The position numbers and the translations under genes were made by a program. This document shows, in pieces, positions 1-11,936 of a stretch of 64,000 nucleotides of DNA; positions within the stretch are counted from its first letter, which is position 1, and each line of letters begins with the position of its first letter. The notes below the pieces were generated by a model that saw nothing but the letters and a program-made list of their open reading frames with translations, was not told the DNA's origin and did not search any database. Source of the DNA: Felis catus (Eukaryota); assembly GCF_018350175.1 (NCBI RefSeq), contig NC_058368.1, forward strand, positions 116,624,001 through 116,688,000, given 5' to 3'.

Positions 1-1002
1 CTGATTGGTTCTTTTTTATCTCTTTTTTAAGGGTCTCACTGATGTCTTCCATTCTTTTCTCAAGTTAAGTGAGTACTTTTATAATTATTACTTTAAATTC
101 TTGATCAGGCGTATTACCTATCTCTGTTTCACTTAGGTCTCCTGCTGTGATCTTGTCCTCTTCTTTCATTTGGGACATGTTCCTCTGCCTTTTCATTTTG
201 TCTAACTCTCTGTTTGTTTCTCTGTTAGGACAGTCAGCTACATCTCTTGCTTGAAAGTAATGGCCTTATGAATAAGAGATCCTGTAGTGCCTTGCATTGC
301 AGTGTTCCCTGTTCACTGGAAACTGGCATTTCAGGCATGTCTCCTATGTGTGTTGTGTATGCCCTGCTTTTGCAGCTGAGCCATTTTTTCTTTCAGTCCA
401 TTTGTCTGCAGTGGCTCTCTTTGCCTGTTGTGGGCAGTGTTTTTGTCCCTGTGGTGTTACTGGGCCAGTCTAGGGCCACTTGGACTTGAGTTGAGTCAAA
501 CCAGGTGATTGCCAGAGATGCAGTAACACAAAACTGCAAGGTGTTTTCCCTGTTTTGTCCCCTGAGAAATTTTCATTTGTGGGTAGGCCCTTCAATCAGA
601 CCGTCTCTCTGTCTCCATCCCACTTCTGGGGCCACAGTTGGCCTGGTGTACGGGTGTATGTGGTTATCTTTCTCTCTCTCTAGCACAGGAGTTACCCTGG
701 AGTGGTGCTGTCCCCTGTCGGGGCTGCTTGCACGCTGTCAGGCCTGCAGTACTACCCTGAGTGAGCTGTGGCCAGGAGCATACTGGGGGGGCCACATCTA
801 CAACATACTCAGAGAATGGGGGTGGTAGCAGTGTTAGCAAGTTAGGTAGCAAATATTAGCCCTGTACTGGCTCCTGCTGACATTTTTTCAAGTGATCTTC
901 TTGTCCATTTATATTTGTCTTCAATTTCTGGGCCTCCAGTAATGCAGTATTTATATTCTTTATGGTATCTCACATGTCCCTTAGGCTCCACTTACTTTTC
1001 TA

Positions 1003-1237
1003 AAAATTTTTTTAAATGGTTATTAATTTTTGAGAGAGAGAGAGAGAGATAGTGAAAGAGAGAGAGAGAGAGAGAAAGCGCAATCTGGAGGAAGGGAAGA
1101 CAGAAGGTGACAGAGGATCTGTAGCAGGCTCTGCACTGTCAATGCAGAGCCCAACGCAGGGCCAGAACTCACTGACCATAAGATCATGACCCGAGGTGAA
1201 GTTGGACGACTAACCAAATGAGCCACCAAGGCACCCC
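1003..1237 (-). mobile_element. Can-SINE
   Basis: tRNA-derived head (reverse of ggggtgcc..ggtggctc), (GA)n tract, A-rich tail. Confidence 0.9.
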
Positions 1238-2162
1238 CTACTTTTCTTTTTTCAATAATTTTTCTTTCTGTTCCTCATATGATAAATTACATTGTCCTGT
1301 CTTCAGGTATCTGCTAATTCTTTCTTCTGCCTAATCAAATCTGATGTTCCGCCCCTGTGATGAATTTTTTTCATTTTAGTTATTGGATTTTTCAGCTCTA
1401 GAATTTGTTTGGCTCCTTTTTGTAATTTCTGTCCTTGTGTTAGCATTCTCATTTTGTTCATATATCATTTTCCTGATTTCTTTTACTTCTTTGTCCACAT
1501 TTCCCTCAACTCTTTTGGCATATTTAAGACAGTTATTTTAAAGTCTTTGTACATTAAGTGTAACGTCTGAGCTTTCTGAGTCAATTTCTGCCAATTAATT
1601 TTGTTCTTTTGAATGTTTTACTGTTTTTTTGTATGCCTTGCCATTTTTTTTTTGAACATTGGGCATTTAGCTATTATGTGTTAAGTCTAGAAATCAGGTT
1701 GTACCCCTTTCCCTGTACTTTGATAGTTCTTTAATTGCTAAAGGCTATAGTAGACTTTTTGCTTTGAGACTTTCCCAAACTGTTTTTCAAAAACTATTCC
1801 TTGTCGAGTGTGATCACTGAAGTCTCTGTTTTCATAGCTCATGTTTTGTTAATATTTTGAAAGAGATTCCTTGAATGCTGGGAGCTGAAATGAACAAAGA
1901 AAGAAGCAAAAAAAATTCATAAGAGGAAAAAAGAGAACAGCCACCTCTCCCAGTATTACCAGATTGGCTCTATGTTGAGGTGCTTCTTCATCACTTAACT
2001 GGTCTTGGCTTGTTCTGCGCCTAGGGATCAACCCAAGATGATAGTTTACGGTCTTCTCAGGACATTTCTGAGCATGCATCTTTCCTGGGTATGCACCTGG
2101 CTTTCTAAATTCTCTCATACGAGGAACTTATTTTGATGTTTTTCAAAAAAAACGTCGGGTGG

Positions 2163-2372
2163 GGGGTGCTTGAGAGGCTCAGTTGGTTAAGTAGCCAACT
2201 CTTGGTTTCAGCTCAAGTCATGATCTCACGGTTTGTGGGTTTGAGCCCTGTGTAGGGGTCTGTGCTAACAGCATGGATCCTGCTTCGGATTATCTCTCTC
2301 TCTCCCTCTCTCTCTTCCCCCCCCCCCCCACTTGCACATGTGCACTCTCCCTCTCAAAATAAATAATAAAAA
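2163..2372 (+). mobile_element. Can-SINE
   Basis: ggggtgct..ggctcagttggttaag head, (CT)n tract, aaaataaat tail. Confidence 0.88.
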
Positions 2373-3533
2373 GATTTTTTTACTCCAGCTTCTCTTTCAG
2401 GTCTCAGATGATCTTTTGTTATGACTCCATGCATAATCTTTTGCCCCAGAAGTCTGGGGGTTTCAAGTTTACTTTGTAGTTTTGTGAACCAGTGCCTACC
2501 ACTTTTCCAACCTGTACTCTGATTTACCTGAAAGAGAAAAGTGCCTTCAGTCCTTTCAGCATCACCTAGGCAGGTTAGAACAGCAAACCCAATAACTTGC
2601 AAATAAGTCCTGCTGTGCTCTATCTGGTTCAAGGGAGGCAACTAGAAAGTGGGCTGCCATCTGTTCATGAGTAAGTTTAATGATCCATTAGGGAAGAGGT
2701 GAGGCAAAGATGAGTAAAACACAAAGATTTTCTACCATTTTGAAGATGGCTTTTTACTGATGGGGTATTTGCTTGATTGCTCTAAACATTTGAATGTTTT
2801 CCAGAGTTCCTATAAGGTTGGCCCAGACAGCTTCTTGTTGTTTACTTATGATGTTTCTGTGGTGGAATGAGAACTTGGAGCTTTCTAGGCTACGTTTTTG
2901 CTGACATCACTCCTGATTTTTAAATTAACTTTCACATTTGAAATAATTGTACATTCATATGTACAGTTGTAAGAAATAATAATCCACTCTACCCTTTACC
3001 CTCTTCCCCAATAGTAAGGTCTTGCAAAACTATAGTTCAATAACACATCCATGACATTGACATTGATATAGCCAAGATACAGAACATTTTCATCATCATA
3101 AGTATCCCTTTGATTGCCCTTTTATACTCACACCCACTTCTTTGTTAACCCTTGTAATCACTAATCTGTAATCTATTTCTAAAATATTATCATTTCAAGA
3201 ATGATACATAAATGGAATCATGCGTTATGTAACCTTTTAGGATTAGGTTTTTTCCTTCACTTGGCATAGTTCTCTGGAAAATCATCCATGTTTTGTATGT
3301 ATCAATGGTTAGCTCCTGTTTATTACTGAATACAATCCCATGATATGGATGTACCATAGTTTGTTTTATTATTCTCGCACTGAAGTATATCTGCATTGTT
3401 TCCACTTTTCTGTATACTGTGAATAATTCTGCTAACAACATTTTTGTAAAGGTTTTTGTGTGAACATGTTTTCATTTCTCTAGAATAAAAGCCCAGGAGT
3501 ACAATTATATGTATATGTTTATTATTTTTTAAA

Positions 3534-3754
3534 CGTTTTCTTTTTTTAAATCTTTAAAAATGTTTATTTCTGAGAGAGAGAGACTGAGCATGAGTGGGGG
3601 AGGGGCAGAGAGGGAGATGCAGAATCTGAGGCAGACTCCAGGCTCCAAGCTGTCAGCATAGAGCCTGTCAGCATAGAAACTTGAACCCACAAACTATGAG
3701 ATCATGACCTTAGCTGAAGTAGGACGCTTAATCAACTGAGCCACCCAGAGCCCC
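3534..3754 (-). mobile_element. Can-SINE
   Basis: gagccacccag end, (GA)n tract, T-rich tail. Confidence 0.88.
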
Positions 3755-4298
3755 TGTATGTTTCTTTAAAGGAAATCTGCCCAACTGTTCTCCAGAGTGG
3801 CTGTGGTATTTTTCATTCTCACTAGGCATTTATGAGTGAGCTACTTTCTCTACATTCTTGCTTACATTGATGTCACAATTTTCATTTCAGCCATTCTGAT
3901 ATTTTTTAAAAATTTAAATCCAAGTTAGTTAACATATAATGTAATAATGATTTCAGGAATAGAATTTAGTGATTCATCACTTACATGTAACACCAAGTGC
4001 TCATCCCAACAAGTGCCCTCCTCAATGCCCATCACACATTTTGCCCACCCCCCCCAACACCCCTCCAGCAAACCTCAGTTTGTTCTCTGGATTTAAGAGT
4101 CTCTAATGGTTTGTCTCATTCTCTGTTTTTATCTTATTTTTGCTTATCTTCCTCTACATTCATCTGTTTTGTTTCCTAAACTCCACATATGAGTGAAATC
4201 ATATGATATTTGTCTTTCTCCAATTGACTTATTTCGCTTAGCATAATACACTTTAGTTCCATCCACGTTGTTTCAGATAGCAAAATTTCATTATTTTT

Positions 4299-4511
4299 TT
4301 TTAATTTCATTTTTAACGTTTATTTATTTTTGAGACAGAGAGAGCATGAACGGGGGAGGGGCAGAGAGAGAGGGAGACACAGAATGGGAAGCAGGCTCCA
4401 GGCTCTGAGCCGTCAGCCCAGAGCCGGACGTGGGGCTCGAACTCAGGGACTGAGAGATCGTGACCTGAGTTGAGGTCGGACGCTTAACCAACTGAGCCAC
4501 CCAGGCGCCCC
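4299..4511 (-). mobile_element. Can-SINE nested in L1
   Basis: TSD AAAATTTCATTATTTTT on both sides. Confidence 0.93.
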
Positions 4512-5641
4512 AAAATTTCATTATTTTTGATTGCTGAGTAATATTCCATTGTATATATATATACCATATCTTCTTTATTCATTCATTAGTCGATGGACAT
4601 TTGGGCTCTTTCCATACTTTGGCTCTTGTCGATTGTGCTGCTATCAACATTGGGATGCATGTGCCCCTTCGAATCAGCATTTTTGTGTCCTTAGGATAAA
4701 TACCTAGTAGTGCAATTGCTGGGTCATAGGGTAGTTCTATTTTTAATTTTTTGAGGAACCTCCATACTATTTTCCAGAGTGGCTGCACCAGTTTGCATTC
4801 CCAACAGCAGTGAAAAAGGGTTCCTCTTCTCTGCATCCTTGCCAACATCTGTTGTTGCCTGAGTTGTGAATTTTAGCCATTCTGACAGGCGTGAGGTGGT
4901 ATCTCATCATGGTTTTGATTTGTATTTCCCTGATGGTGAGTGATGTTGAATATTTTTTCATGTGTCTGTTAGCCATCTGGATGTCTTCCTTGGAAAAGTA
5001 TCTATGTCTTTTGTCCATTTCTCTTCACTGGATTATTTGGTTTTTGGGTGTTGAGTTTGATAAGTTTTTTTAAAATAGATTTTGGATACTAACCTTTTTT
5101 CTGATAGGTCATTTGCAAATATCTTTTCCCATTCTGACAGTTGCCTTTTAGTTTTGCTGATTGTTTCCTGTACTGTGCAGAAGCTATTTATCTTGATGAG
5201 GTCCCAATAGTTCATTTTTGCTTTTGTTTCCGTTACCTCTGGAGACATGTCAAGTAAGAAGTTGCTTTAGCCAAGGTCAATGAGGTTGTTGCCTGTTTTC
5301 TCCTTTAGGATTTTGATGGCTTCCTGTCTTATGTTTCATCCCTTTTGAGTTTATTTTTGTGCATGGTGTAAGAAAGTGGCCCAGTTCTTCTGCATGTCGC
5401 TGTCTAGTTTTCCCAACAGCATTTGCTGAAGAGACTGTCTTTTTTCCATTGGATATTCTTTCCTGCTTTGTCAAAGATTAGTTGGCCATACATTTTTGGG
5501 TCCATTTCTGGGTTCTCTATCCTGGTCCATTGATCTATGTATATGTCTGTTTTTGTGCCAGTACCATACTGTCTTGATAATTACAACTTTGTAATACAGC
5601 TTAAAGTCTCAAATTGTGATGACTCCATCTTTGGTTTTCTT

Positions 5642-5931
5642 TATGTAGATATAGATATAGATATAGATATAGATATAGATATAGATATAGATATAGATAT
5701 AGATATAGATATAGATGTATATATATGGTTTATTTATCTTTGAGAGAGACAGAGACAGCATGAGTGGGGTAGGGACAGAAAGAGAGACAGGGAGGGAGAG
5801 AGAATCCCAGGCAGACTCCATGCTATTAGCACAGAGCCCGATGTGAGGCTCAATCTCACCAAACTGAGAGATCATGACCTGAGCTGAAACCAAGAGTTGG
5901 ACGCCTAACCGACGGAGCCAGCCAGGTGCCC
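5642..5931 (-). mobile_element. Can-SINE nested in L1, with microsatellite-converted tail
   Basis: TSD ggttttcttt; SINE body at 5730-5931. Confidence 0.88.
5646..5716. repeat. (TAGATA)n hexamer microsatellite
   Basis: About 11-12 perfect units. Confidence 0.95.
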
Positions 5932-6711
5932 TGGTTTTCTTTTTTCAACATTACTTTGGCTATTTGGGGTCTTTTGTGGTTCCATACAAATTTTAGAATT
6001 TGTTCTAGCTCTGTGAAGAATGCTGGTGTTATTTTGCTAAGGATTGCATTGAATGTGTAGATTTTTTTGGGTAGTATCAACATTTTAACAATATTTGTTC
6101 TTCCAAGCCATGAGCATGGAATGTTTTTCATTTCTTTGTGTCTTCAATTTCTTTCATAAGCTTTCTATAGTTTTCAGTGTATAGGTCTTTCATGTCTTTG
6201 GTTAGGTTTATGGCTTGGTATTTTATGGGTTTTTGTGCCTTTGTAAATGGGATCGATTCCTTGATTTCTCTTTCTGCTGCTTCATTATTGGTGTATAGAA
6301 ATGCAACCAATTTCTGTACATTGATTTTATATCCTGCAACTTTGCTGAATTCATGGATCAGCTTTAGCAGTTTTTTGGTGAGGTCTTTTGGGTTTTCCAC
6401 ATAGAGTATCGTGTTGTCTGTGAAGAGTGAAAGTTTGACTTCTCCTGGCCGATTTTGGTGTCTTTTATTTCTTTTTGTTGTCTGATTGCTGAGGCTAGGA
6501 CTTCCAACACTGTGTTGAATAACAGTAGTGAGAGTGGACATCCCTGTTGTGTTCCTGACCTTAGGGGTAAAGCTCTCAGTGTTTCCCCATTGAGGATTAT
6601 ATTAGCTGCGGGTCTTTTGTATATGGTTTTTATGACCTTGAGGTATATTCCTTCTATTCCTCTTTTCTTGAGGGTTTTACCAAGAAAGGATACTTTGTTT
6701 TGTCAAATGTT

Positions 6712-6966
6712 TTTTTTCTTAAAATAAATTTTTAAATATTTACTTGGATTTGAGAGAGAGAGAGAGAGAGGGAGAGGGAGAGGGAGAGGGAGAGATGGAG
6801 ATAGATAGAACGGGGAGGGGCAGAGACATGGAGACAGAATCTGAAGCAGGCTCCAGGCTCTGAGCTGTCAGGACAGAGCCTGACACAGGGCTCGAACTCA
6901 CAAGTCGCAAGATCATGCCCTGAGCCAAAATCACATGCTTAACCAACTGAGCCACCCAGGCACCCT
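6712..6966 (-). mobile_element. Can-SINE nested in L1
   Basis: TSD caaatg(t/c)ttttt; (GA)n/(GGGAGA)n tract. Confidence 0.9.
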
Positions 6967-9887
6967 TCAAATGCTTTTTCTGCATCTGTTGAGAGGATCA
7001 TGTGGTTGTTATCCATTCTTTTATTAATGTGATGTATCACATTGATTGATTTACAGGTATTGAACCAGCCCTGCATCCCAGGAATAAATCCCACTTGATC
7101 GTGGTGAATAATTCTTTTAATGTATTGTTGGATACAGTTTGCTAGTACATTTTGATAGTTTTAATTTGCATTTTCCTAATAGCTATTGGTGTTGGAAATA
7201 TTTTCACATATTTATTTGCCATCTGTGTACTTTTGGTAAAATGTCTTTGCCCAGGTTCTAATTAGGCTGTTTGATTTTCTAGTATTTAGTTTTGTGTGTC
7301 CATTATGTATTGTAGATACAAGTTCTTTGTCAGATATGTACTTGCAACAATTTCTCCAAAATTTGTAGATTTTCTTTTCCTGCTCTAAATGTGGCATTTC
7401 ATAGAATAAAAGTTTTTAAATTTTGATAAAGTTCAATGTATCAATTTTTCCTCTTAAAGACTGTGCTTTTGGTGTCAGATCTAAGAATTCTTTGCCTTCC
7501 CTTAGATGCTACAGATTTTCTTCTCTCTGTATATATATTTTTAAGTTTTAGTGTTTTATATTTTACCTTTATGTTCACGATCCATTTAGGGTTTTTTGTT
7601 TGTTTGTTTTTGTAGTTTTTGATCCACCACATTTTTGTTATTTTATTTGTTTGTTTATGTTGAAGTACAGTTGACACACAGTTTTACATTAGTGTCAGGT
7701 GTACAGTACAGTGATTTGACAATTATATGTTATCCTATGCTCAGCACAGGTGTAGGTATCATCTGTCACTGTAGAATGCTGTTAAAATACAAATTACTGT
7801 ATTCCTTATGCTGTACCTTTCATCTCCGCAAGTTGTTCATTCCATAGCTGGAGTCCTGTACCTCCTATTTCCCTCCTGATCCATTTTGAGTTATTTTAGT
7901 ATAAGACGTGAGACTTAGGTCAAGGCAACAGTGGTGGTTTCTTCCTCTTCTTCTTCTCTTCATCTTTCTCCTCCTCCTCCTCCTTTTTCCTCTGCTACGT
8001 CTGCTTCTTCTTATTGCCTAACAAAGTCCAATTGCTCCAACACTGTTTATTAAAAAGCTTTCTTTTCTGCATTTAATTGTTTTTCATCATTGTCAAAATT
8101 TAGTTAGTTGGGCACATTTTCATGGATCTATTTCTGGATTCCTTATTTTGGTCTGTTGACCTACAGGTCTATTCATCTGTCAATAACATAGTCTTGGTTT
8201 CTCTCATTACATAATAAGTCTTAAAGTAGGATACACTCATTCCTTCTCCTTTTTCCTTGTTTTTGAAAGTTGCCTTAGGTATTCTAGTTCCATTGCCATT
8301 CTATATAATCTAATTGATAGCTACAGAAAATGTTTGCTGGGATTTTGGTAAGAATCATGTTGTCTTTATATTAATTCATGGAAAATTTTCATCTCCTTAT
8401 GATATGTTGAGTCATCCAATTCATGAACACAGTCTGTCTCTCCATTTTATTCTTCAGTTTTTAAAATCAGTAGTGTTTAGTTTACTGAATACAAGTCATA
8501 TACATATTTTGTTACATTTATACCTAAATATATTTTTTGAGTGAATGTGAATGTAAATTATATTTCAAATTTAATTTTGGTGTGTATATTTTCACTGTTA
8601 GTATGTGTAGGTACAATTCATTTTGTATGTTTATCTTATTTTTTTTGTGATGTTGCCAAATTCACTTACTCTGGGAGTTTTCATTTATTTATTTATTTTT
8701 GATTCCTTGAGATTTTAATGTACACGTTTATGTGATCTGTAAATAAGGACAATTTTATTACTTTCTTTCTCATCTGTGTGCCTCTTATTTCCCCCACTCC
8801 TCTTTTTTTTTTTTTTTTTTTTTTCTTTATTGCACAGGCTAAATCTTCCAGCAGTAGGCTAAACAAGAGTAGTGAGTTCAGGTCTTTGCTTTGTTCCCAG
8901 TCTTAGGGTAAAAACTGGGATTCAATCCTTCACAATTAAGTATAATGTTAGCTATAGGTTTGTCATGGATACTGTTTATCATGCTAAAGAAGTTTCATGG
9001 TTTCTGAGAAGTCAGGTGTAATTCTTATCTTTTTTTCCTCAAGGGGTAAGGTGTTATTTCCTTCTGGCTTCTTTCAGGACACAGATTTCAGAAAATATGT
9101 GACTTTCTGTAGTTTGAAATGGATATGACTTTATGTAGATTTTTAAAAAGCATTTATAGTCCTAAATTATCTGAGCTGCATAGATCTGTGATTTGGTGTC
9201 TGCTAATAATTTGAGGGAAATTCTCAGTCATTATTATTTCAAATATTTCTTCTGTTCCTATCTCTTTGTTCTCCTGGTATTCCAATTATGTATATGTTAT
9301 ACCATTTGTAGTTGTTTCACAATCATTGGATATTCTATTCTGTTTTTTCATTCTTTTTTTCTCTTACCTTTTTGGTCTTTGATGATTCTATTTATATATC
9401 TTCTAACTGAGAGATTCTTTCCTTACCCATGTCCAGTCAACTAATGATTCTATCAAAGACATTTGAGATGTAATCAATAATAATAAAATTATTATTTCTG
9501 TTACAGTGTTTTTATCTCTAGCATTTCTTTTTGGTTCTTTCTTATTATTTCCATTTCCCTCTTTACATTGCCCACCTGTCCTTAATGCTGTCATCTACTT
9601 TATTCATTAGAGCCTTGAGCATATTAATCATAGTTGTAAATTCTTGGTTTGATAATTAAAACACGCCCTTGCCATATATGGTTCTGATATTCATTCTGTC
9701 TCTTCGAATTGTGGAGTTGTATTTTGTTTTTGTTTTTGACTTTTGGTATGTCTTGTAATTTTTTCTTGATAGCTGGACAGATGTGCTGGGTAGAAGAGAC
9801 TGCTATCATGTTCCTGTAATAGTATGGTAGTGAGGAGTGCAGAGAGGGGAGACATTCTACATTTCTGTGATGAGGTTTCAATCTTTT

Positions 9888-10068
9888 TAACTTTTTGTTT
9901 TAATTTACTTTGAGGAGGAATGGGCAGAGAGAGGAGAGAGACTCCCAAGCAGGCTTCATGCTACCAGTGTGGAGCCATATGTGGGACTTGATCTCACAAC
10001 TGCAAGACCATGACCTGAGCCAAAATCAAGAGTCGGACGCTTGACTGATTGAGTCACCCAAGCGCCCC
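9888..10068 (-). mobile_element. Can-SINE
   Basis: TSD aggtttcaatctttt. Confidence 0.88.
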
Positions 10069-11313
10069 AGGTTTCAATCTTTTATTGAGCATATGCTTCT
10101 GGACTGTGAACTTCCCAAGTTTTCTCACTGCTCCCCACCCCCAGGTGAAACAGGATGGTTACAGTGTACTGGAATTGGGTATTTTCCCTTTCCCTCATGG
10201 AAAGCTAGAGCCTTCTGGAGCTGAATATTTTCCTTCCCTCAGAACACTTAAGCTCTGATAATAACTCAATAGGTTAGCCTCTCATTAATTAGTTTCCCCT
10301 CACGGAGACTCTTTATAAGAAGAGCAGAATGTTCTGGATATTTCAAAATGGTTCCTTTTCTGCTCCCACTGCCAGAAGCATGAGAGGATTTTTCTCTTTC
10401 AGACTCTATGGGAGTCTGTCCATGTTCCTGGTGGTAAATCTCAAAATATCACGATTCCATGACTGTTTCCCCCTGGAGTTTTCAATTCTCAGACTTCTCC
10501 ATACTAAGTCTCCAGTGATTCATCAATTATAGTTCAGATTTCCCTACTCCAGCACTGATTACCACAGTGGTTTTTCCTCTTGAGTCTCTGTACCAGTAAG
10601 TTGTGACTCCCTATATCTCCCTGTGACTCTCTTATCTTTGGGTCATTGATTTTCCCAGTGTCCTCTCATCCACCCAACTTTTACACATCCAACAAGAGTT
10701 GTTGGTTTTTCAGTCTGTTCAGCTTTTAACTTGTCAAAATGGAGTGGTGATTTCCAAGCTCCTTACATTCAGAACTAGAAACTGTAAGTCCTTGAAAATA
10801 TTTTTTATTTTTATGAAGTCTAATTTGCCTATCTTTTGTTTTGTTGCTTATGCCTTTGATATCATATTCAAGAAATCACTGCCAAAACCAGTGTCATGCA
10901 GTTTTTGCCCTATATTTTCTTCTAAGAATTTCATAATTTTAGTCTTATATTTAGGTCGTGGATCCATTTTGAGTTCATTTTTGTATGTAGTGTTGGGTAA
11001 GGTTATAACTTCATTCTTTTGCATCCTGTTTTCCCATCAACATTTGTTGAAAAGACTCTTTTTTCTCCCATTGAACAGACTTGACACCTTTGTTGAAAAT
11101 AATTTGACCTTATTTATATATGAGGATTTATTTCTGGAATCTCTATTCTATCGGTCTATGTTTGTCTTTAGGCCAGTGTATTTAGGCCACACTATTTTGA
11201 TTACAGGAGCTTTGTAATAAGTTTTAAAATCAGGATGTATGAGTCCTCCAGCTTTGTTCTTGTTCAGGATTGTTTTGGCTGTTTGAAGTCCCTTGAGATT
11301 CCATATGAATTTT

Positions 11314-11537
11314 TTTTTATTTTTTATTTTTATTTTTTAACAGGTATTTATTTTTGAGACAGAGAGAGAGCATGAACAGGGGAGGGTCAGAAAAAGAGGA
11401 AGACACAGAATCTGAAACAGGCTCCAGGCTCTGAGCTGTCAGCACAGAGCCCAACGCAGGGCTCGAACCCACAGACTGCGAGATCATGACCTGAGCCGAA
11501 GTCAGACGCTTAACCGACTGAGCCACCCAGGCGCCCC
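11314..11537 (-). mobile_element. Can-SINE
   Basis: TSD tccatatgaatttt. Confidence 0.92.
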
Positions 11538-11728
11538 TCCATATGAATTTTTAAATGAGATTTCCTATTTCAGCAAAAAACATCATAGGGATTTTGATAG
11601 AGATTACATTAAACCTATAGATCACTTTGAGTTGTATTGACATCTTAATAAGTCTTTCAATCAATGAACATGAGATCTCTTTGCATTTGCTTATATATTC
11701 TTTAATTTCTTTCAGAAATGTTTTCGTT

Positions 11729-11936
11729 GGGGCACCTGGGTGGCTCATTTGGTTAAGTGTCCAACTTTTGACTTTTGGCTCAGGTCATGATCTCACAGTT
11801 CGTGGGTTTGAGCCCCATGCAGTCAGCATGGAGCCTGCTTGAGATTCTCTCTCACCCTCTCTCTTTCTGCCTCTCCCATTTGAGCATGCGTGTGTTCATG
11901 TGCTCTCAAAATAAATAAATAATCTTTTTTTAAAAA
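11729..11936 (+). mobile_element. Can-SINE
   Basis: ggggcacctgggtggctc head, aaataaataa tail. Confidence 0.9.

Larger units (their letters stand above)
1..3890 (-). mobile_element. Old degenerate L1 fragments (ORF1/5' region and 3' region) interrupted by SINEs
   Basis: T-rich L1-like antisense sequence; minus ORF 3190-3441 resembles an old L1 3' end. Boundaries approximate. Confidence 0.55.
3902..7147 (-). mobile_element. 5'-truncated carnivore L1 (3' UTR plus ORF2 RT/C-terminal fragments)
   Basis: Minus ORFs include [27 protein letters not shown] and [13 protein letters not shown]. Candidate TSD cattctgata/cattttgata. Confidence 0.9.
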
